From: Chiloscyllium plagiosum
Taxonomy: Eukaryota
NCBI RefSeq assembly: GCF_004010195.1
Contig: NC_057719.1
Coordinates: 66,882,764 to 66,946,763, forward strand
DNA length: 64,000 nucleotides
Reading direction: 5' to 3'
Positions 38,674 to 52,447 of the stretch are shown piece by piece. Positions within the stretch are counted from its first letter, which is position 1. Every line of letters starts with the position of its first letter. Under the pieces are notes generated by a model. The model was not told where the DNA came from. It saw only the letters and a list, made by a program, of their open reading frames with translations, and did no database searches. The position numbers and the translations under genes are program-made.

Positions 38674-39078
38674 TTCATAGAGATGTACAGCACGCAAACA
38701 GACCCTTTGGTCCAATTCATCCATGCTGACTAGATATCCTAAATTAATCTAGTCTCATTTGTCAGCACTTGGCCCATATACCTGTAAACCCTTCCCATTC
38801 ACACCCATCCAGATGCCTTTTAAATGTTGTAATTGTACCAGCCTCCACCACTTCCTCTGGCAGCTCATTCCATACATGCACCAGACTTTGCGTGAGTAAG
38901 TTGTCCCTTAGGTCTCTTTTATATCTGGCCCCTCTCACCCTAAACCTGTGCCCTCTAGTTCTGGACTCCCCCACCTCAGGGAAAAGACCTTGTCTATTTA
39001 CCCTATCCATACCCCTCAAGATTTTATAAACCTCTATAAGGTCACCCCTCAGCCTCCAACATTCCAGAGAAAATGCTT
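38674..39078 (-). mobile_element. CR1/HER1-type LINE 3' end
   Basis: ORF 38762-39190 FSLECWRLRGDLIEVYKILRGMDRV...WNELPEEVVEAGTITTFKRHLD. Confidence 0.95.
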
Positions 39079-39519
39079 CAGTTGTTAGAGGGTGCATCTG
39101 ACTATAAATTTGGTATTTAGCAAATTTAAAGGGGTTGAAATTTGACTTCGGTAGGAATGCAACATGAGGGATATTGCGTCTGCCATTCATTATATGCCCT
39201 GCACAATATTTAATTCTATTGATGTCAATGATTTCTCATGGAGCCATGACTACTTGTAGAAATGTTGACTTTCCCAAGTAACATACAGCTCCCAAAGTAC
39301 CTTAAAACTTTTGAGGGAGAAATTTGTCTGCATGGCATTGCTAGACTACCTTGATTCTGCCATGGTTCACAAAGATAGGTCTATGGTACCGCTAACTTCA
39401 TGGAATTGAGATAAGTCTGCATAGCATCACTAGAAGCACGAATACATGGGCAAATGTCTACTGCTTGACATGGAAAATTTAGTTCAGTACTCATTACTTA
39501 TTCATGTCATAAATATATG

Positions 39520-40155
39520 AACATTTGAACTGAGGAAATAGGAGCATGGGTTGGCCTTTCAGCTCTTTGAGCCTGTTCCACCATTCAATGAGATCCTGGC
39601 TGATCTTCGAATGCAACATTATTTTCCTGCGCTATACCCGTATCCCTTCATGGCTTTAGTATGTAGAAAGCTGATTAGAGTTCTTAGTCCTGAATATAGT
39701 CAATGATTGAGCCTCTGCAGCCTGATGGAGCAGAAAATTCAAACAATTTATCACCCTATAAGTAAAGAATTTCCTCTTTATCTCAATCTTAAATGCACTG
39801 CTCTTTATTCTAAATCTGTGACCCATCATTCTCTATCCCCAGCCAGGGGAAATATCCTTTTTATATCTATCTTGCTGATCCTTGTTAGAATTTTGTATGT
39901 TTGAATGAGTACACCTCTCAATCTATTAAACCCCAGAGAAAAGAGGCTCAGTCTGTTAAATTGTTTCTCATAGCACAATTCCTTTATCCCAGGAATTACT
40001 TGTTAAACCTTTGTTGCACTCCCTCTATGCAAAGTATATCTTTCGTTAAGTAAGACAATCAAAACTGCACACAGCACTCCGGGTGTGATCTCACCAAGAC
40101 TCTCTATAATTATATATGGTACACAGCTTTATATATACTCAAATTCTCCTGTATT
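39520..40155 (-). mobile_element. Older CR1-type LINE 3' fragment
   Basis: Similar to 13740-14270 (gagcctgttccaccattcaatgagatcctggctgatc; caaaactgcacacagcactcc). Confidence 0.7.
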
Positions 40156-41016
40156 ACAATGATGAAAGATTGTGTTGGTTATGAAAGAATTCTCAGCTAA
40201 TATTGTCAATGTCCACATTTAAATCTAGGATTTACAAACATGTACTACCTAACATATCAAAGGTATTATGTAAATTTTGCATCTTAAACACTGGTCAAAA
40301 TATCGGAATATCAATTTAGAACCTTTAACGTGAATTTGAACACTTAATAAATAAAGATTTCCAAAAAACGTTGTTGTAAACTATATATTGTGAATTCCTT
40401 TAAATCAGCAATTCCAGTTCTGCATCTTAAAATGTACAATGCATATAAAATCATTTATACAAATTACATATGTATTTAAAAAAAATTTAAATTAACATCT
40501 GTTAATTTTTAAAAGTGGCATTGGACACTGTCTCTCTTGTACATTCTGTAGGAATATTAAATTCCAGCTAACAAAGAAAACTTTATAATTTAGCTGAATT
40601 GTAAAAATCAGTTCCATGCCATGAATCATTTACATCAAAAATATATGTTTTTTAGATAGTAAATTCTGCAAGTAATTAATGTAATTATACAGTAAATAAG
40701 GGTCTCTTCTATATAATCATGTGCATTGTGGGTGTGAGACATATCATTCTATCTTTTCCATGGCCATTTGGTTTGAAACAACATGCCTGTGTTCACAGGC
40801 TACAGTGAACTTTTTTTCCAAAGAGGTTGTATTTGCATATGAAATGCTGCCTCCACAATGTGTGTTATTTGCTTCAGTTGCCAATGGATGATGGCTCCTA
40901 CCAGTCCACCTCGAGGGGGTTTTGCTTTAATACTCTGTGCTGTGCCCTGATGGTATACTCATGTGAGATTCAGCTGAGCAATCTGACACTTCTCCAACTG
41001 CTGTTTCATCTTCCAG

Positions 41017-41195
41017 GAAATCCCAACAAGAATGCACAAACCTTGAAGTTGCCACTGTTCCTAGGCAGAGAAACTACAGCATATCTGGCCTAAACCTTGC
41101 TCAGGTCACTCGGGTGAGCGTAATGATGTCCCTGGGACATCTAGCTAAAGGGGCTAGCCTGGACGACCTAATTGAGACCTGCATTCAGTCCTTTG
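41017..41195 (+). CDS. RASGRP1: RAS guanyl-releasing protein 1, second coding exon (start of REM domain)
   Basis: Acceptor ctgtttcatcttccAG, donor G|GTAAG; 179 nt, phase 2 in and phase 1 out. Translates [59 protein letters not shown], matching mammalian RASGRP1 [26 protein letters not shown]. Confidence 0.93.
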
Positions 41196-44100
41196 GTAAG
41201 ATTTTCTTTCCTTACTGTAGAGTACATTGTTGTAGATTGGAACCTCACGGTAGGTCTTTTCCCTCAATAACAGCTATAGCAGCTATTTTTCATTTAACAA
41301 TTGTTTCATCATTTTGCTGAGTTACACATTTAAATAAGCATGTTTTTACTTTGTGATTTTGACAGGTTTCGTCTCAGTTTTCTGAATATGCTACCCATCA
41401 CAAAATGTTTAACAATTTTGACAGAACAGCTGCATAGTGATTATAAAATGCCATAATGTAATTTTAAGACACAATTTTAATTGTAGAAGACCTGGAATTA
41501 TCACATCTAGTTAACACAGAATGACTGCATAATATGGGGAGTTTTAAAAAATACGTTAGTGGGCAAAATACTTAACTGCATGGATGCATGGTGAAAATGT
41601 TTTTTTTAATTCTAAACAATAGGAACAACTAGAATGCTTAAAAATACATCTTTAAAACCAGAACATAATTATTTCACCTTATTCAAAGATTGCAGTAAAA
41701 AAGGTTTATTATCAATATTCCTTCTGTGCTATCACGTTTTAATAAATTATTTTCGATATGCAGGGTTGTAATTGACAGCTCATGAGACTCAAACAATTTA
41801 TGTTGCTTGAGACCTGTGAATGCATTGTGCAGTGACAAAATTCATCTTTATTTCTGAGGAAAGTAATACGAACTGGTACTGCTCAGAAAATAAATCCACA
41901 TGTATCTTCCTTCACCTTTGTAAATACCTGGATGAGAGAATAAGGTTGACCAGACTGAAGCTGGTGTGTGCCACGAGTCTGAGGAAATACAGTATTCTCT
42001 TTGACTAACTTGCAGAGTTCATCTTTCACATTCATTTTGCAGAGGTCTGTCAACTCAATCAGCTTCCTGTCACTGTTAATAATGGGCTAGCCTTAAATAG
42101 ATTAGCCGCGGAAAAATACACGCATAAGTAATTATGAAACATCTTGTCCATAGATTTTCTGCAGGGCATTGTAAAGCAGTTTATTTCCACTAGCCTCAAT
42201 GATGGCCATTAAGCCTCAAATCTTTTATAAGAACACTACACAGGATAGTATTAATTGTTCCAGACTTTGTTGACGAGTTTAATTGTACCTGAAAATCACA
42301 TGATGAGTTGTATGTATTCTATCTTATTTAAATATTCTTTTATATGAAAACCTTGTCTCGTTGTCTCTGAATAATACCTCCAGTCTCAATGGTTAGATGA
42401 AGCAGAAGGTGTCAACTTCTAGTGCGGAGTTTGGATTACACAACCAGGGTTTGGAAACAATCCAATACCGATTTTGTGTCTGTAAACCGTTAACATTTGC
42501 GCTACTGCTCTGCCAAGAAAAAGATTACAAGATCTTGCTGTTACTGAATTATCTTATTTCAAGCCTCTCATCTATATCAATCTTGGTACATATATTTTGC
42601 TGTGCAAATAAAGTTAAAGAATATTGATCCTTTATTCAATCTTTATTATAAACCTCTCAGTTTAATGGAAAGTTTTAAAAAAACACTGAAAATACCTTGC
42701 ATTTTAAATTATTTCATGGTTTGATAGATTCATGTACATGTATGCAAGATGTTACCAGTATCTTAACTATATAACATAAGTTATTTCCTTGTACTGCTTG
42801 AATGTTAATACAAGTTATATTCATCATCTTTCTAATGTGTCGAGACTATTTCATAGACCATCAGCATATGTGAAACAAAATCAAATTTCTGAAATAGCCA
42901 TCATGTTCAAGTTGCTGGTTAGTATCAGGTTGTAATACCCTTCATACAATAACAATATCAGTTGTGAATTACTTTTTCGAAGCCAACACATTTCATGCCT
43001 TTTTTCAAGCATCCTCAGGATGTAACATTGATGTATAGTAGGTTTATAGTTGTGCTTTGTCAATTACATACATACTGCTTCACATCAGATTGTCAGGAAC
43101 CACTGTCACCTAGATTGCTTTCTCTACACTAAAATTATTTCTGTTTATGATGTTTACAATTTTTGGAGAAGCCATCCTTCTCCAATATCCCTCTCTGTTT
43201 ATGTAATCGCCAGGTTACTGCCAAACTATTTTGGCCAACTATGGCTATTGCCTCTCCTTCAACTACAATAGGCTGGTTACACCATCATATGTTACAAGTT
43301 CTCAAAAATCCTTTGATTTCCCTTGGTATGGACTTGTTCAAAGAGGAAAATTTGGCTTTGGCGAAAGAGACTGCAAAGCACAGGGAATATCAAATGCTAT
43401 GTTATGTAGCTATTATCACTTTCAATAGGATGGCACTCTTCAATTGCCCACTTGCCCTCCTCTTCCTCCTTCCACCATTGTGGCATCCAAACTCACCTTG
43501 GAAGACAGGATTAAATTCCATCCAAAAATTCAACCCAACTAGTGTTCATGCTTCACATGGACCTCATCCCATTTAGTTATCCGTCCTCACTTTAACTTCA
43601 TATTACACTATTCTCTTCTTCCCTCCTTTGCATCAATTCTTGCTTTAAATATACCAATTGGGACTGCTTGCAACTTTCTAAATGACAACTAGCTCCACAT
43701 TCTGTGGTTCTCTATGTAAATGCTATTGTTTATTCAATCCATTAGTCAATATTTTAAATTTATAATCCCTTCTTTGGGTTAACTCACAAATTGAATCAAT
43801 TTCTATGGATATACCGAACTGAGTTCCTTCATTAGTTTTAACACTTCGTCCAGATATCATCTTCTATGATCTGTGATAGAATCTGTGCTTTCAAATTTTG
43901 TAAGTCTTGAGACAGACCTGAAATGAAAACAGAAATTGAAAAGACAAACAGAGAAGGGAACATAACCTCCCATGCATCTAAGAAAAAAAACTGAAATTTA
44001 GATTTGGAAACCAAAACTTCCAGACAGATTGAAACTGGTTGAGAATATGTAAGCCATCCAAGCTTGGTCATAGCAAGTGATGAGTCCTCTGGTGCAATCC

Positions 44101-44332
44101 AAGTAAGCTGAAGAAGACAGAGTCAACAGTAAGAAACTGAGACTAAGTTGGTGTAGCTGATTCTGTTACTTGAAAATAACATTGATGGATGTACACCATC
44201 CAAGATGTGTTGAGGTTCTAGAGATGTCTGCCATTTGTGGTAGAGATCATTCCCATGGAAGCTAAGTTGGTTGTGTGCTGTTGTTGTCTTGAAACCAGGC
44301 TACACTGTGGAAAAATAACTTAATTCACAGAA

Positions 44333-44648
44333 ACATAGAATCCGTACAGTGTGGAAGCAGGCCATTTGGCCCACTGAATCAACACAAGCCATCCGAGGAG
44401 CATCCCACCAAGACTCAACCCATCCACACAACCTCACATTTATCATGGCGAATGCACATAGCCTGCACATCATTGGGCACTGTGGCCAATCTACCTAACC
44501 TGAGCACCTTTGGACTATGGGAGGAAACACACATAGACACAGGGAGAACATGAAAACTCCACACAGACAATCGCCCAAGGGCGGAATTGAATCCAGATCA
44601 CTGGTGCTGTGAGGCAGCAGTGCTAATCACTGAGCCACCATGCCACTG
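44333..44648 (-). mobile_element. HE1/V-SINE
   Basis: Reverse-complement head (ggcggaattgaatcc...gaggcagcagtgctaatcactgagccacc), V-domain and CR1-like tail. Confidence 0.85.
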
Positions 44649-44859
44649 TGATTCTTCACAAGGAAGACAGAGTTTGAAGAAGTTGTGACTGAACAAATTA
44701 TATATTTGCTTTGTGGACCTCTGATCATTTGTAAGATCTGACATAGTTACATTTCCCATTTAGTGTGTAATTTATAGTTTATAATTGACCATAATTCACC
44801 GTTAATTCATGTTTAACTTCTGTTTATTCCAGGTTTTAGAGCATAGGTTTTATTTCATC

Positions 44860-46370
44860 TTCATTCATGGCATGTGTGTGACACTGGCTAGGCCAAAATT
44901 ACTACCTATTCTGAGAGGCCCTTGAGAAGGTGGTGGTATGCTGTTTTATTGAACCACTACAATCCATTTGCTGTAGGTAAAGCCACAGAGGGAGTTCCAG
45001 GATTTTGAACAAATGACACTGAAGCAAGTTTGTAGATATGACATCAGTGAAGTGAATTGCTTTGTCCTGGATCATGTCAAGCTCCTTGAGTGTTGTTGGA
45101 GTTGCACTCATCCTGGCACCTCCTGATTTGTGCCTTGTACATTATTGGGAGTCAAGGGGGAGTTACTAGGTGCAGGATTCACAGCTCTGACCTGCTCTTG
45201 CAGCAACAGCACTTAGAAAGCAGATTCGCTTCAGTTTCTGATCAATGATAACCCTAAGATTTGATCGTAGAGGATTCAGTGCCACTGAATGTTAAGCAGT
45301 GATAGTTAAATTATCCCTTATTAGGAATGGTCGTTGCTTGGCATTTTTATGATGTGAATGTCACTTGCCACTTGACAGTCTAAGCATACACATTGTCCAC
45401 ATGTTGTGCATTTGGACATGGACTGCTTCAGTGTCAGAGGTGTCACAAATTGTATTAAACATTGCACAGTCATCAGCAAAAATCCTCACTTCTGACCTTA
45501 TGATGGAGGGAAAGTTATTGATGAAGCAGCTGAAGATGTTGGGCCTAGGACACTACCCTGAAGAACTCTTGCAGAAATGTCCTTGAGGTGAGATGACTGG
45601 CTTCCAACAACCACAGTTATCTTCCAATGTGCCAGCTACGACCCCAATCAGTGGGGAGTTTTCCCATTGAATCCAGTTTTGCTAGGGTTCCTTGGTGCGA
45701 CATTTGATCAAATACAGCCTTAATGTCAAGGGCAGTTGCTCTCACCTTACCTCTGGAAGTCAGCTGTTTTGTCCATGTTTGAACCAAGGCTGTCATGAGG
45801 CCAGGAGCTGAGTGACCCTCGCAGAACTCAAACTGAGCATTAAAAGAGCAGGCTGCTGCTAAACAAGTTCTGCTTCATAGCACTGTTTGATATACCTTCC
45901 ATCACTTTACTGATGAGTGAAGGTAGACTAATTGATCAGAGAGCGTGGGGCTGGAAAAGCACAGCAGGTCAGGCAGCATCCGAGGAGCAGGAGAGTCAAC
46001 ATTTCGGGCAAATGCCCTTCATCAAAAGCCTTTCCTGATGAAGGACTTTTGCCCGAATCATAGACTCTCCTACTCCTCGGATGCTGCCCGACCTGCTGTG
46101 CTTTTCCAGCACCATGCTGTCAACTCTAGTCTCCAGCATCTGCAGTCCTCACTTTCTCCAGGCAATTGATCAGGTCATATTTGTTCTGCTTTTTGTGTAC
46201 AGGAAATATCTAGGAAATGTTCCAAACTGTTGGGTGGATACTAGTGTTGTTGCTGTACTGGAACAGTTTGGAGCACATGCCTTCAATCCTATTGCCAGAA
46301 TGTTGTTGGGGTCCATTGCGTTTACAATATCTGATACTTTAGCCAATTCTTGTTGTCACATGGAGTGAAT
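44860..46370 (-). mobile_element. Degenerate non-LTR retrotransposon (CR1/L2/RTE-X related, clade not assigned)
   Basis: MSATPTTLKELDMIQDKA (44902-45111); RT region tcatcagcaaa (FADD on the minus strand) near 45470; homologous to 52527-57240. Confidence 0.65.
45940..46159. mobile_element. Palindromic Penelope-like terminal insertion (family A)
   Basis: Inverted arms; TSD core AATTGATCAG at 45930-45939 and 46164-46173; decayed hammerhead CTGATGA-A-GGAC-TTTT-GCCC-GAAT at 46035. Confidence 0.8.
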
Positions 46371-48639
46371 AGACGATTGTAAGATTGGCATCACTATTGC
46401 CTCTGTAGGATAGTATTTAGAGTTTGTATTGTTTGTCTTTTGTGTAGTATCATAAAAATTCTTCTGTTTTAAGCCATGATATCTTGTGATTTCATTATTT
46501 TAGTAAATAAAACTGGGATTCTGGATTTCATTTTTCTAAAAGTTGCTTCTGCTGTAATCATAGCAATTCAGAGAATGATGCAGCATAGGAGACCACTCAC
46601 ATTGGTGCTGATTCCTCATAATCCTGAAAATGTTTACCCTTCAATTTTTTGTCAAGTTCTTATTATTATTATTGCATCTAATTCCATCACTCTTGCAAGA
46701 CATTCTAGATTAAGACAACTCTTTTTTTAAGCAAGCAATCTTCTCATCTTGCATCTGGATGTATTATCAATCCTTAAATTAGTTTGTCTTCTTTTCCATA
46801 GACAAATCCCAGTTGGTTTACTGCTCAAAGCTTACTGATAGCTGCATTCTTTCAGATCTCATAGCATCTTTGTAAATCCTTTTCGTAAATCCTTTCCAGT
46901 GCTTCAATATCTCGCGTTTTTAATTACCAGTTAGTTCTTTCTAATGAAAATAATTCTTAGTCAGCTCTTTTAAAATCAAGTCGGAATATTAAAAAAACTA
47001 AATTATATTATATATAAAAGCATGCAGCTCTGTTCAGCTTAAAACAACAATGCAACCATTGCCGGTATGAATTGAGAATTCTGGAGATTCATCAAAGTAC
47101 TGTATATCTGAAAGTCTTTTCTTTTCGAAAAGAACCATAACCATATTAATTACATTATTTACATTGTTAAACTGATAAAAACATAATTCATAATTACACC
47201 ACAACAAGAAATGCTCCAGCAGGAATCTGCTATAAATGTCAATAGAAGTTTTGCATGACCTTGAATCATATTGTTTAAATTATCAAAGATAAGCTAACAA
47301 TCCTACTTTCTTGTTCAAAAATAAGAAAGCTTGTGCTTTATGCTTAGTTTTGTTTGAAGTTGCAATTTCTTCAAGCTTAAATAATAACATTTCTAAAGTC
47401 GTGATTCTACCGTTAGCAACCATTAAACTATGGGTGTGATTTGTTGATTATTTCTCCCCTTCCCACCTGAAAATAACAGGACTTTACAGTAAAATTGTAA
47501 TAAGTCAAATTCAGATCACCCAAAACTCTGGTTATGATGAAGTTGTCAGCATTCCTCCAGTACGATATGAAATCCAATGGAAAATTCCCAAGATCAGCTG
47601 TCATTCTGGACAAGGAACCTATAGATTAGCTGCACTCACCCGTGCCTAACATATGACCACACTACTCAACTGGAATGAGTTAGGTCACATGAAAGTACAA
47701 AATCAGCAAGTATCGATTAACATGTGAGAAAGGTAAAAATGTGTTGATCAGAGACAAAGTTGGGTTAATACATAGTTCAATGCAAAGTTTAATTGCTATG
47801 CTCCAACCTATAGCTTGTCTTAACTCTGCACAGCTGAGCATTATTTTAAACTGCACCACCAGTAATAATTGAAAAGGTGTATGAATTACTTCCTGGTTAC
47901 TGACTGGATTATTTCTTCCAGATACTGGTGTAATGTTAGCCATTTCTAAAGCTTCAGTTATATAGGTAAAGAACAAATGTTGAAGTTGCATTAAGCTCTG
48001 CCCATTCTTGATATATCTTTAAATCAAGAATCAGGTCTAGTTTGAAGGTCCTAATGGTGAATGATACGTCATTTCTCGCTCATAATAGCCTTAAGAGATC
48101 ATGCCTAACTAACTAGTAAGTTCTATCTGCTGCTGTCATGCAATAAACTGTCTCTTGTTATGTGAGGCAAATGGCTCTTCTTGTTAGGACTCACCAATAG
48201 TCCATCCTCTGTCATTGATAATTAGATAGGCTCTTAGACTCAGCATAGAAAATTGCTGGGGTGCTGAGTGCTCACAGAGGGAAGATGAGGTTAAGATGGC
48301 TATTTTGTCAGAGCAATCTTCTTAGTTCATCTTCTGTGAGAGTTAAAATATGAGAAATCTTTGCTTTATTGTCGTGACTGAAATCTGTCAGCTGCTGTAA
48401 CATCAAAACATGGTAAGGTTTGTAATTTCCAAAGCTGTCAAGATGACTGTGGCTCTTAACCTTTTGTGTTTTTGACTTCTAGACTGCTGCTAGAGATGTA
48501 AGCAGTATATTGTAGTTGCAGTACATTGATGCATAAAGGGGGTCACTGAGGTTCTATTTACAAACAGAAATAGCTTCATATGATTCCTTTTTGACGGAGA
48601 TACAAAGAGAGTGAACATAAGGATTTTGAATAAATTCAA

Positions 48640-49090
48640 GGCTTCTCCGTTGTGCAATTATCTGTGTGTACATTGTCCTCCAGATGCCTCATGTCAATTC
48701 TGCCATTTCCTGAACTGAGACGAACTACATTCCTTCATTGTGTAACTGCTGGGTGAATACAGCAAATAATCATGTGGGTGAATATCTGTTATATCCTGGC
48801 AGTAGTCACGATTTCTTCATATCATGGCTGCCCTCTACATCAATGGTATTTAACCATTACAGCATGATAAAAGGTGGCTAACTGGGTCAAGAGATGCCAT
48901 GGAACATGATTCTGGCCTGGAACTCATGTAGTTTTGTACAATGCACCTACAATGAAAACCATGCCGTAACAAGTGGGATTATAAAGGATCACTCAATGCT
49001 TCTACTGTTTGGATCATTCTGATTCTTGCAGCACTCAGGAGAGATAAAATCATGGTTTGCATTATTACATTGCACAACCTGCCCATTCAG
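48640..49090 (+). mobile_element. PIF/Harbinger (HARBI1-like) transposase relic
   Basis: Ordered motifs across frameshifts: HSFIV*L (~48727), YPGSSHDFFI (48792), YNENHAVTS (48948), LHNL (49070). These resemble Harbinger HS.NVQ, PGS.HD, YN..H..TR and LHN. Confidence 0.55.
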
Positions 49091-49242
49091 TGGAATAACC
49101 CTTGATGAGTGTATGAAAACATTGACCTTCTTATTACAGTGTTAGGCGTTCCTCCAAGCGGCTGGGACTGCACATATCCAGGTGGCAAACCTGGGCCAGG
49201 CTAGCATGGTCTGCTGTTGTGGCCTCCAGTGCTGCTACTGAG

Positions 49243-49496
49243 ATCTAAGGGGCAACGTTTTCATACACAGGGTGGTACAGGTATGGAATGAGCTGCCAGA
49301 GGAAGTGGTGGAGACTAGTACAATTGCAATATTTAAGAGGCATTTGGATGGGTATATGAATAGGAAGGATTTTGAGGGATATGGGCCAGGTGCTAGCAGA
49401 TGGGACTAGATTGGGTTGGGATATCTGGTCGGCATGGACAGGTTGGGCCAAAGGATCTGTTTCCATGCTGTACCTCTCTATGATTCTATGACTCTA
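49243..49496 (+). mobile_element. CR1/HER1-type LINE 3' end
   Basis: ctaaggggcaacgttttc...tatggaatgagctgccagaggaagtgg...tail tctatgattctatgactctat. Confidence 0.9.
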
Positions 49497-50034
49497 TTTA
49501 GCCCAGTATATGTCAATGTGTCTTTCACGATATTCATATTCATTCAAACTCATGATATCTTTGTACCTGACATCCAGGCATAAAGGTGTCAGATACCTTT
49601 TTACTTAGGATCATTTGAAGTATGACGTGCTAGAAGCATGCCCTTCTGCTATAGCCACATAATCAATTGCCAGTCGAGACGCTGATGTGCCTGTTAATAT
49701 TGTGTCTGTGTACAGTAGCTATCTGTAATGAACATCTGTTGAACCTTTCAACACCATGTTGTTTACATCTAGTTTCCTACGTTACATAAACATTGTCACA
49801 TCGGGTAAAGACACATTGTGGGAAGCAAAACCAACATGAACTTAACAATGAAAGATAGCAAAAATATCAATTTGGAGGAAATGGTGTCCCAGCATCCTAT
49901 CTGGTAGTATGACCCTCTCCCAAAACCTCATACTCAACTGAGGCGGAGTGTCCAGAATATATTCACACTTCTAAAATATCCCATCATACTCACATTCAAA
50001 AGAGGAAACTTATCAATGATCATACAGCCACCAT

Positions 50035-50350
50035 GGGTGGCACGGTGGCACAGTGGTTAGCACTGCTGCCTCACAGCGCCTGAGACCCGGGTTCAATTCC
50101 CACCTCAGGCAACTCTCTGTGTGGAGTTTGCATATTCTCCACGTGTCTGCGTGGGTTTCCTCCGGGTGCTCCGGTTTCCTTCCACAGTCCAAAAATACCT
50201 AGTTTAGGTGAATTGGCCATGCCAAATTGCCCGTAGTGTTAGGTGAAGGGGTAAATGTAGGAGAATGGGTCTGGGTGGGTTACGCTTCGGCGAGTTGGTG
50301 TGGACTTGTTGGGCCGAAGGACCTGTTTCCACACTGTAAGTAATATAATC
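50035..50350 (+). mobile_element. Full-length HE1/V-SINE
   Basis: A box TGGCACAGTGG (50046), B box GTTCAATTCC (50091), V-domain tgtggagtttgcatattctcc...gggtttcctccgggtgctccggtttcc, CR1-like tail gggccgaaggacctgtttccacactgta. Confidence 0.9.
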
Positions 50351-50363
50351 AAATGGCTTCAAG

Positions 50364-50655
50364 AAAGGTCTTTTACCCAAGGTAGGGAAGTCCAGAATTA
50401 GTGGGCATAGATTTAAGGTGACAGGAGAAAGATTTAAAAGGGCCGAGGATGGTGTATGTATGGAATGAGCTGCCAGAGGAGATAGTGGAGGCTGTTTCAG
50501 TTACAATATTTAAAAGGTATATGAATTGGAAAGGTTTAAGAGAGATATAAGCCAAGTGCTGGCAAATGGGACTGGATCAATTTAGGATATCTGGTCAGCA
50601 TGGACAATTGGAATGAAGGGTCTTTTTCCATGCTGTACATCTCTGTAACTCTAAG
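50364..50655 (+). mobile_element. CR1/HER1-type LINE 3' end
   Basis: tatggaatgagctgccagagg...ccatgctgtacatctctgtaactct. Confidence 0.85.
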
Positions 50656-52232
50656 TCATTAAATTTAATGCATATATGAAATATTGCCGAGCAAATAGCG
50701 CGTATATGAATAAATCAAATGGCAGACTATTTAGTAGAAACATAAAAGCTTACAAAACTTGTAGAAAAGGGAAAGACCATTCTGCCACTGTGTCTGTGCT
50801 AGCTAACCTCAGCTATCCATTCTAATTCCATTTTCTAGTCGCTTTATAGGATAAAATAATTCAAACGTATATCATATTTTAAATACAATGCTTGTTTCTC
50901 CCTCTACCACCTTTTCAGACAGTCCAATCTCTGAAATCTAAACATGCACCTCTTTCTGTAGCACGGCAGAATAATATTGGCAATAGCTTAGCCTCAGGTC
51001 CAAAAATTAATTGGAAAATTTTAAAAAGAGAAGAAACTGCCTAGTGTTGCTACCTCCTCATATTACAATTAAGTCAGCAATTTGAAGCTGTAGAATTAGC
51101 ACAGCGTCTGTCAATAAATATGTCCAATAGTTCACACCTTCGAGAAAAGGACATAATCCTTAATTGTTGACACAGTGAGTTGTAGTACTTAATTGAGGAG
51201 CTAAGTGAGGTCAGGTCGATTCTCTCCTTAAATTGGGGGAGAGGCCTTTGCCATAACTGGCCTTAAATCTGGTTTAAGATTGAAATGTAACATCAAATTA
51301 AGATGTAATAAAATTGTTCTTTTATATCCAGAATATCGAAGTGTGCTGTGTCATTGCATTAACTAATACTGTGTTACTACATTCTTGATTTTGATTACTG
51401 TTAATATCACGCAATATATGTTTATTTAAGCTTGCAAGTTGAAAGTTGAATATCAAAGATTGGTTTTAATGAGGTCAGGAGCTGAACTGAGCACTGTTGA
51501 ACAGGTTGTTGATGTAAAAGTGCTGCTATATTGACAGCTCTATCAATGGTATCTTCCGTCCATTTGCTAATGATTGAGAATATAATTTGCCACATTGCTT
51601 TTGTCTCACTTTTGGTGGATAGCATATACTTGCAAAATGTTCCACATTTTCAAGTAGATATGGCATAGCTAGGTCTGGAGCCCAGGTTTTAAAGACCTAT
51701 AGCTTTTGCAGTATCCAATGCCTTCAAACATTTCAGATCATGTGGAGTGAATCAAAATGACTGTAGGATGGCATCTGTGATGATGGGCACCTCAAGAGGA
51801 GACCAAGATGGTTTATCCACTTGGTACTTTTTGCTGAAGGTGGTTGAAAGTTCCTCAGTCTTGTATTTTAAATTGATATGCTTGGCTTCACTGATCATTG
51901 ACGTCGAGATATTTGTAGAATCAGTTGTTCACAATTAAATATGGTTTGATCTGCTTCATTAATTTTGGAGCTGCTTACCTTTGTCTATAGCATACTGCTT
52001 CCATTGTTTTGCACTGTATAAGCTATGTTGTACCAGCCACTCTATTTTAGGTGGGCCTCATGTTGTTCCTGACATGCTCTCCTGCATTCCTCATGGAATA
52101 AGAATTGAGTGCTGGCTTGAAGGTAACAGTGAAATGAAGGCTATGCCATGTGATTACCAATCATGGTTGAAAACATTTCTGTTCCTGATGATGGCCTCCA
52201 GCATCTCATTGATGCCCAGATAAGAACTATAA

Positions 52233-52447
52233 GAAAATGGGTACTGCAGATGCTGGAATTTAGAGTCAAGATTAGAGTGGTGCTGGAAAAGCACAACAGG
52301 TCAGGGAGCATCTGAGGAGCAGAAAAATTGACGTTTCAGGCAAAAGCCCTTCCTGATGAAGGGCTTTTGCCCGAAACTTTGATTTTCCTGTTCATCAGAT
52401 TCTGCCTGCCCTGCTGTGCTTTTCCAGCACCACTCTAATCTTGACTC
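52233..52447. mobile_element. Palindromic Penelope-like terminal insertion (family A)
   Basis: Arms 52263-52352 and 52358-52447 around a 5-nt loop; + strand CTGATGA-A-GGGC-TTTT-GCCC-GAAA-C-TTT (cleavage triplet mutated). Confidence 0.85.

Noticed and set aside
40827..41320. ORFs 40827-41093 and 41114-41320 as whole genes
   Set aside because: Only 41017-41195 is bounded by splice sites and matches RASGRP1; the rest is a different frame or intron read-through.
43050..43576. Overlapping ORFs up to 137 aa
   Set aside because: No recognisable domain or splice signals; consistent with chance ORFs in intron 2.
50035..50110. tRNA gene
   Set aside because: The A/B boxes belong to a SINE head that continues into a V-domain and LINE tail; no full cloverleaf.
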